DNA of 32,000 bases from an uncultured archaeon (lineage in GTDB: Archaea; Iainarchaeota; Iainarchaeia; Iainarchaeales; CSSED10-239). The DNA is taken from contig CAZPGO010000032.1 in the NCBI GenBank assembly GCA_964586355.1, positions 9,505-41,504 on the forward strand, written 5' to 3'. The notes beneath the pieces were generated by a model that saw only the letters and a list, made by a program, of their open reading frames with translations, was not told the DNA's origin and did not search any database. Position numbers and translations under genes: made by a program. Shown piece after piece: positions 26,362-32,000 of this stretch. Each line of letters begins with the position of its first letter. Position 1 is the first letter of the stretch.

Positions 26362-29094
26362 ATGGTAGAACTAAAAAAAAATAAATTACATAAGTCAGAG
26401 ATAAAAAAAGAAAAACTATCTGTAAAAGATAGTGGATTAAAAAAATTAAGTTTATTTAATCCTAAAGATAATGATAATTATAAGAATAATTCTAAAAACC
26501 ACTCACTATCAAAAACAAAAGAATATGTTCCAAAAAAGATAGTTTTCAAAAAGTTAGATCTTTCAAAAAAAAACCTTCTACTATCAGCTAATAAAATTAG
26601 TAAAGAACAAGATAAGAAAAGAGATCAAAAAACAAATAATTTAGATACTGGTGAAATCTTAAATTATTTAAAAAGTCAATTACCTAAAGACGATCTAACT
26701 CAAGACTCAAAAGAAGTAACTGATCTAGAAAATACAAAAAAGTCAGAATCTGTTGATGATCTTTTAGATGAATTGTCCTCAAAAACAAAAGATATGGATC
26801 AAGATAACAGCATATCTATAGAACAAATCTCTTTTTTAGATGATTCTCCAAAATTAAAAAAAATGTTTTTTAAAGATCACAATGTTTCTAATCTTTATTC
26901 TAAAATAGATAGTCTAGAAAAACAAACAAATTTAGAAGAAGATAGATTAAATAAGTTAGAAAAAAACAGAAACCTTAAAGAAAATAATTTAGTTAAAGAT
27001 CAAAAAGATTCAAATAACTCAAAAGGACAAAAATTAAAAAAGTTTAAAGTTATTCCTCTAATTGAACAATTTGATATTCCTTCTATTTTGTCATTAAAAG
27101 ACAAAACAAATTTTGAAGGAACAATATTTAAGAAAGGTTTTTTTATAATGGATGATATTAAATTGGGTTCTGATCAATTAAGACCAAATAATTTTATAAA
27201 AGATAAAAATTCTTTAAAACTAAATCCAGAAATTGATAAAAAAAGAGAACAAATTAAAAAAGAAAAAGCTAAAAAGAAAGAAGATAAAAAACAAGAAAAA
27301 AAAGATATTACAAATATAATAGTAAATTCTAAAGAGCTTTATGATGATGTTAGTGACTTTGAGAAAAAATCAAATTCAAAAGAAATAATTCCTAATACTA
27401 AAAAATTATCTTTAGATAAAGATCAAAACAGAAATTCTGATAAAGAGAATTCTATAATCTCAACCAGCTCCGTTTCTAATAATTCAGATACTAATCAAAA
27501 GGTTGATGAGAATGAAGTTTTAAAGAAAAAGAATTCTTTGTTATCTGGTACTAAAGAAACAGGCTTTAGTCATTTGTTACCCTCTAACAAATCTTTTTCT
27601 GATTCAAAAGAGATTTCTCAGAAGTTTATAAGATCTGGTATCCAATCAAAAACAGGATCTGTAATTAAAAGCGACTTTGAAAATAAGGCAAAAACTTATC
27701 CAGAATTAGTGTATACTATTAAATCTAGTGCAAAAAATTTTGATTATAGTTCTGTGTATGAGAAATATAATATTGATGAACTCTCTTATGTAACAATATT
27801 TTATGATAATGTAAAAGGTCTTTGTTATAATATTGTTCAACCAGAGCTTACAGCCCCTCAAGAAAAAATATTTTTAGATATAAAAAAACATTTTTTAGAT
27901 TCAATTGATCAAAATTATTTTTCCTTTAAGGGGGATAAAGAAAATATTAGAAAATATATTAGATCTATTTTTGATATAACAATAGTTAAATTGTCATATA
28001 ATCTATCTAGTCTAGACAAAAAAATGTATTTTAGTTTTATTGAAAGAGATGTTTCTGGGCTAGGTTTTTTGTATAATCTTTTAAATGATAAAAATGTTTT
28101 AGAAGTAACTTGTCCAGGAGAAAAAACAGCAATAACTGTTTATCATATAAAATATGGTGTTTTACAAACAAATCTAGAGTTTGAAAGTATTCCTAAATTA
28201 AACTTGTTTGTTTTATCTTTAACAAAGATTATGGGTCTACATGTAAATTCTAATCAACCAGTAATTTCTGGGCACTTACCAAATGGGTATAAGGTTGAAG
28301 GACTTTATTCTGTTGGGGATATAAGTAATAGAGGGTCTTCTTTTATTATAAAGAAATATCTTGAAGAACCATTAACCCCAGTAACTCTAATGACCTTAGG
28401 TATTGGAAGTATTGATATCTTTTCATATATCTGGAGTGCTATTGATGAAGGTTATCAGATTGTGTTTACTGGTGAAGAAGAAAATTCTTTAATAACTAAC
28501 ACAGTTGCACAATTTTACCCAGATAAAAAAATAATTTCAGTACAGTCTGTTGATAATTTAACATTAGCTCAAAAAAATTGGATTAAAAGAATTTCTTTAG
28601 AAGACACACAGGTAAGTAAAAAACTAATACTTACTCAAAGTATTTCAGAAAAACCAGATTATTTGATATTAGATCAATTTACTGAAGAGTTTTTTGATAC
28701 TCAATGGTATAATCTAAATATGTTGTCTGTTGATAATAAATTAATTGATACTTATTGTGAAAAAGCAAAATCGATTAGTAGTAATCTATTATTAATAGAT
28801 CTTAAAAGAATAAAACAATCCAAAAATCAACAACAAACACAATTTAATAAAATAAAAGAGATCTACAAGGGAAAGGAATATGAGGTGATTGACTTTAATT
28901 CTAAAGATCTAGAATTCCGTGTTAATTTATTGTCTTCAAATATAGATCTAGCAGCCTTTTCTAAGAAAAAGAAATTATTAAGGTGGTTGTTGGATTCTAA
29001 GATCACTAACTATAAGGATTTTAATAGTGTGATAAATGATTATTATTTAGACCCAAATAATTTATTCGAAAAAATAGGATTAAAAGAAAGTTAA
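26362..29094 (+). CDS. FlaI/PilB/GspE-family secretion-ATPase homologue with degenerate catalytic motifs and a ~440-aa low-complexity N-terminal extension
   Basis: The C-terminal ~465 aa follow the archaeal FlaI/type IV pilus ATPase pattern: YNIVQPELT, ERDVSGLGFLYNLLNDKNVLEVTCPG, ISGHLPNGYKVEG, GSSFIIKKY, PLTPVTLM, KNWI, KPDY. However, Walker A is GEEENSLIT (28471-28497), the Asp box is VQSVDN (28540-28557), Walker B is PDYLILDQFTE (28654-28686), and no His box is present. Confidence 0.8.
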   Translation: MVELKKNKLHKSEIKKEKLSVKDSGLKKLSLFNPKDNDNYKNNSKNHSLSKTKEYVPKKIVFKKLDLSKKNLLLSANKISKEQDKKRDQKTNNLDTGEILNYLKSQLPKDDLTQDSKEVTDLENTKKSESVDDLLDELSSKTKDMDQDNSISIEQISFLDDSPKLKKMFFKDHNVSNLYSKIDSLEKQTNLEEDRLNKLEKNRNLKENNLVKDQKDSNNSKGQKLKKFKVIPLIEQFDIPSILSLKDKTNFEGTIFKKGFFIMDDIKLGSDQLRPNNFIKDKNSLKLNPEIDKKREQIKKEKAKKKEDKKQEKKDITNIIVNSKELYDDVSDFEKKSNSKEIIPNTKKLSLDKDQNRNSDKENSIISTSSVSNNSDTNQKVDENEVLKKKNSLLSGTKETGFSHLLPSNKSFSDSKEISQKFIRSGIQSKTGSVIKSDFENKAKTYPELVYTIKSSAKNFDYSSVYEKYNIDELSYVTIFYDNVKGLCYNIVQPELTAPQEKIFLDIKKHFLDSIDQNYFSFKGDKENIRKYIRSIFDITIVKLSYNLSSLDKKMYFSFIERDVSGLGFLYNLLNDKNVLEVTCPGEKTAITVYHIKYGVLQTNLEFESIPKLNLFVLSLTKIMGLHVNSNQPVISGHLPNGYKVEGLYSVGDISNRGSSFIIKKYLEEPLTPVTLMTLGIGSIDIFSYIWSAIDEGYQIVFTGEEENSLITNTVAQFYPDKKIISVQSVDNLTLAQKNWIKRISLEDTQVSKKLILTQSISEKPDYLILDQFTEEFFDTQWYNLNMLSVDNKLIDTYCEKAKSISSNLLLIDLKRIKQSKNQQQTQFNKIKEIYKGKEYEVIDFNSKDLEFRVNLLSSNIDLAAFSKKKKLLRWLLDSKITNYKDFNSVINDYYLDPNNLFEKIGLKES

Positions 29095-29098
29095 AAAT

Positions 29099-29941
29099 AT
29101 GTTTGGAAAAATATATAGTAAAATTGCTGGTGTTTTTTTTGCAGATATTGCAAAAATAATTTCACCTCAATTTAAAAGTTTAGGCAAAACTCTTGAGTTT
29201 ACTGATATTAATGAAAATCTAGTTACCTATTTATCAAACTGTTTATTTTTCTCTTTTTTTATAGGTTTTGTTTTAGAGCTGCTTATGGTTTTTGTGTTGT
29301 TAAAATTAAATATCTATTTTACTATTATCTCTTTTTTGGTAACAATTATTATAGCAGCAAGTTTTGCTGTTTTGATTTTTATTATTCTTTATAGATTTCC
29401 ATATTATATTGTAAAAAGCAAAAAAAAAGATATAGAATCAGAACTAGAGATAAGTTCTAAGCATCTTTCTGTTTTAGAAGATAAAAACTTAACAGTAAAA
29501 GATGTTTTGTTAATCTTACAATCTATTGAAGGAAACAAGCTATTATCTGAAGAATCAAAAAAGATATTAAAGTTAGCAGATCTTAATCATAATCTAAAAA
29601 GCACATTAAAATATATTTGTAGTAATACTTACTCTGAACAAGAATATTCTTTTTTTAGTAAATTAATTGATGTTATTGATAAAAAGATTACACTTTTTGA
29701 AGCAATAACAGAATATTTAACAAGTATAGAACAAGCAAAAAAAGAGAAAGCTGAACAAAGAAAAACAAAAATAAATCTTTTGTTTTTAATTAACATTTTT
29801 TTATTTATATTAATTTTCTTATTAGTTTTTAGTATTTTTTTAATGCCAGTTTATGAAGAGTCAATAAGAGAGCTATTATTAGCAATTGCTATAGTGTTTC
29901 CAATAGTTGAAATAATCTTGGTGTTTGTTTTAAGTAGATGA
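29099..29941 (+). CDS. type IV filament platform protein, single T2SSF-like domain (TadB/FlaJ-half-like)
   Basis: Topology is N-terminal TM pair, ~130-aa cytoplasmic helical domain, then C-terminal TM pair. Lies 4 nt after the FlaI-like gene. The family call rests on topology and context only. Confidence 0.6.
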   Translation: MFGKIYSKIAGVFFADIAKIISPQFKSLGKTLEFTDINENLVTYLSNCLFFSFFIGFVLELLMVFVLLKLNIYFTIISFLVTIIIAASFAVLIFIILYRFPYYIVKSKKKDIESELEISSKHLSVLEDKNLTVKDVLLILQSIEGNKLLSEESKKILKLADLNHNLKSTLKYICSNTYSEQEYSFFSKLIDVIDKKITLFEAITEYLTSIEQAKKEKAEQRKTKINLLFLINIFLFILIFLLVFSIFLMPVYEESIRELLLAIAIVFPIVEIILVFVLSR

Positions 29942-29947
29942 TAGTTT

Positions 29948-31063
29948 ATGAATAAAGTAACAAAAGCAATAAAATTATTTTTTTATAAAAACGAATATCA
30001 GCTATTAGAGCTTTCTGGGATATTTGGTGCTTTTTTAATAGTGTTGATTGCTAATTATTTTTTTGTATCTAGTAAAATGTTTTACTTGATTTTGTTGTTT
30101 GGCTTGTTTGTTGGCTCTTTTGGTTTTATAATTGAATATTTTATAAAACAAGACAAAAAGAAATCCATAGAAACAGAATATGGTTATTTCTTATCAGATC
30201 TTTCTAAAGAATATAAAAAAACAAATAATATGTCTTTATCTTTATCTAACTTATTAGAGTCTAACTTTTATGGTAGTATTAATCTAGAAATAAAAAGACT
30301 TTCTAATAGAGTGTCTTGGGGAGAAAGTTTTGAAGAGTCTTTAAAATCAATTAATGAAAATATTAATAGCCCAATAATAGAACATAGTCTTAGTCTATTA
30401 AATGTTTTAAAAGAATCAGCAATGACTTATGATAAAGTTTTACTAAATATTTCAAAAGATATTAATATTTTTAAAAGTGAGACTAGAAGTAGAAAATATT
30501 TCAAAAATCTTTTTAACTTGTCTATTGTTTTTTATTTTTTATTTATATTAATATTAATCTATATAGATTTTATAATAGGAAAAAACTTTTTATGGTTTAG
30601 CGGTTCAGAAGAAATGACAAGAGTTTTTTTTGATAATTTTTTGTTGTATATTGGTTTGTTGTTAGCTTTTTTTACTGCATTTGTAATGTACTCCATTAAT
30701 TCTGATAGACCAATTGTTTTGTTAAAATATGTGTCTGTTTTATTTTTAATAACTATAATATTATTTCAAATCTTCATTCCAAAACCAGATGCTGATGAAG
30801 TACTAATTGATACCATTAATTATTTAGTAAAACATAATAGTGATAAAGAAATAGAGATAGACCAAATAATTGCAATAAAATCCATTAGTTCTAAATTGGT
30901 GGTTGATAAAACAGGAATTGAAACTCTTGTTTTTATAAATAATGATTCTTTAGAGAGAATAGAAGAGTTTGGATTAATTATTGAAAATCCTTTGTTTTTT
31001 AATTTTTTAATAACTAAAAAAAGCAATCTAAATTATGTTGTTTACTATACCAAGTTGGAATAA
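29948..31063 (+). CDS. type IV filament platform protein, second single T2SSF-like domain (TadC/FlaJ-half-like) with extra ~90-aa C-terminal domain
   Basis: Same TM/helical-domain/TM arrangement (…EYGYFLSDLSKEYKKTNNMSLSLSNLLES…IKRLSNRVSWGESFEESLKSI…). Lies 6 nt after the previous gene. Has an additional soluble C-terminal segment. Confidence 0.6.
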   Translation: MNKVTKAIKLFFYKNEYQLLELSGIFGAFLIVLIANYFFVSSKMFYLILLFGLFVGSFGFIIEYFIKQDKKKSIETEYGYFLSDLSKEYKKTNNMSLSLSNLLESNFYGSINLEIKRLSNRVSWGESFEESLKSINENINSPIIEHSLSLLNVLKESAMTYDKVLLNISKDINIFKSETRSRKYFKNLFNLSIVFYFLFILILIYIDFIIGKNFLWFSGSEEMTRVFFDNFLLYIGLLLAFFTAFVMYSINSDRPIVLLKYVSVLFLITIILFQIFIPKPDADEVLIDTINYLVKHNSDKEIEIDQIIAIKSISSKLVVDKTGIETLVFINNDSLERIEEFGLIIENPLFFNFLITKKSNLNYVVYYTKLE

Positions 31064-31066
31064 ACT

Positions 31067-31408
31067 ATGATCTTAAACAAAACCACAAATAAAAAAATAA
31101 TTTCTAAAAAGAAAATTGCAGACACCTTTATAAAAAGAGCAATTGGTCTAATGTTTTCTTCTAAGAAAAAATTTGATTTTGGTTTGATTTTTGATCTAAA
31201 AAGGGAAACTGTTACTGGTGCTGGTATTCATATGTTTTTTGTGTTTTTTAGTATTAATGTTTTGTTTTTGGATAAAAATAAAAAAATTATTGATTATAAG
31301 AGATTAAGACCATTTACTATCTATCAACCAGTAAAAAAAATAAGATATATTATAGAATTACCAGTAAAATGTAATAACTATAAAATAAATGACAAGGTGG
31401 AGTGGTAA
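31067..31408 (+). CDS. DUF192-family protein (COG1430-like)
   Basis: FIKRAIGLMF...GLIF...IHMFFVFFSINVLFLDKNKKIIDY...RYIIELP matches the DUF192 pattern (rGLM.r....g.lF......hM..m.fpiDv.flD......V.....yvLE). Confidence 0.65.
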   Translation: MILNKTTNKKIISKKKIADTFIKRAIGLMFSSKKKFDFGLIFDLKRETVTGAGIHMFFVFFSINVLFLDKNKKIIDYKRLRPFTIYQPVKKIRYIIELPVKCNNYKINDKVEW

Positions 31409-31411
31409 AGT

Positions 31412-32000
31412 ATTTCTAAAATTTTATTAAATAAATCTAAAGGGCTATCAGAGATTATAACTGTCGTTTTAATTATAGTTATTGTTGCAATTTTGTCTGT
31501 AATTGTTTATAGTTGGTCAAAAGACACCATGGATAATAGTTTAAGTAGAATAGATAAACAACAAAGCGATCTTGAAAGATATTTGGATTGTAGTGAGGTT
31601 AGGTTAAAAGTTGATTCTTGTAAGATTGACAAATACACTAAAGACATAAATATTTTAGTTTTAAATCAATCACAGATGGATCTTCCAGATTTTATATTAA
31701 GTATTTTAGGTAAAACCTATGATGGAGAAGAATTTAATCAAAACATTTTATTTTCAAAAAAACTTAAGAAAGGAGAAAATTCTTTTCTTACAACTCTAGA
31801 TGCTGTGACTGTTTTTGATGATTCTAATATTGATGATTTAGATCTGAGGAAGATAGATCAGATATCTTTAGGCAATCAGAGATGCAATACTCTTTTTATT
31901 TCAGATCTTAATTGTGAGATTGTAGATAGTTTAGAAGATCATTTAGTTGCGTATTACAGTTTAGATCAAGAAGATCTAATTTATAATGAATTGGAAGGAT
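31412..32000 (+). CDS. archaeal type IV pilin-like protein with class III signal peptide (partial; runs off the window end); proposed ATT start
   Basis: Not in the ORF track. The frame is open from the TAA at 31406-31408 to nt 32000. It encodes (I/M)SKILLNKSKG|LSEIITVVLIIVIVAILSVIVYSW, i.e. a short basic leader, a KG cleavage motif and a hydrophobic helix, as in archaeal Pilin_N-type pilins. There is no ATG/GTG/TTG before the helix. AAGGTGGAG (31394-31402) is a Shine-Dalgarno-like motif upstream of ATT 31412. Confidence 0.65.
   Translation, partial: MSKILLNKSKGLSEIITVVLIIVIVAILSVIVYSWSKDTMDNSLSRIDKQQSDLERYLDCSEVRLKVDSCKIDKYTKDINILVLNQSQMDLPDFILSILGKTYDGEEFNQNILFSKKLKKGENSFLTTLDAVTVFDDSNIDDLDLRKIDQISLGNQRCNTLFISDLNCEIVDSLEDHLVAYYSLDQEDLIYNELEG

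Noticed and set aside
31406-31408. The idea that TAA is recoded or read through genome-wide, which would fuse DUF192 to the pilin
   Set aside because: TAA terminates most of the well-supported genes in this window at family-typical lengths. A pilin also needs its class III signal peptide at the N-terminus. Local ATT initiation or a base error is more parsimonious, and this is retained as a finding.

Overview
Very AT-rich (about three quarters A+T by eye), gene-dense window with about 28 protein genes and one tRNA. Three convergent gene pairs overlap by 4 nt. The gene content looks archaeal: an aCPSF2-type beta-CASP RNase, an NMD3 homologue, an A24 prepilin peptidase with a class-III-signal pilin, and a tRNA without encoded CCA. 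Together with the small, streamlined genes, this suggests a DPANN-type archaeon; that assignment is inference.

Most of 1-22.7 kb is housekeeping: a P2-type cation ATPase, DEAD-box helicase, SlyD-like FKBP, serS, smc, adk, tRNA-Arg(CCU), an MscS-family channel, trkH/trkA, NMD3 and a beta-CASP RNase. Two signal-peptide surface proteins and a long coiled-coil protein are interspersed.

The most interesting part is one tightly packed plus-strand operon from 22873 to the window end. It encodes an orphan ATP-grasp protein, a DHH/DHHA1 phosphoesterase, a PHP-like protein with degenerate metal ligands, an A24 prepilin peptidase, and a FlaI/PilB-family protein. That last protein has every ATPase motif mutated and carries a ~440-aa low-complexity N-terminal extension. 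It is followed by two separate single-domain platform (TadB/TadC/FlaJ-like) proteins, a DUF192 protein, and a pilin gene with no canonical start codon. This looks like a type IV filament locus built around a pseudo-ATPase.

No CRISPR arrays, mobile elements or rRNA were seen. All product calls come from motif recognition by eye; no database search was run.
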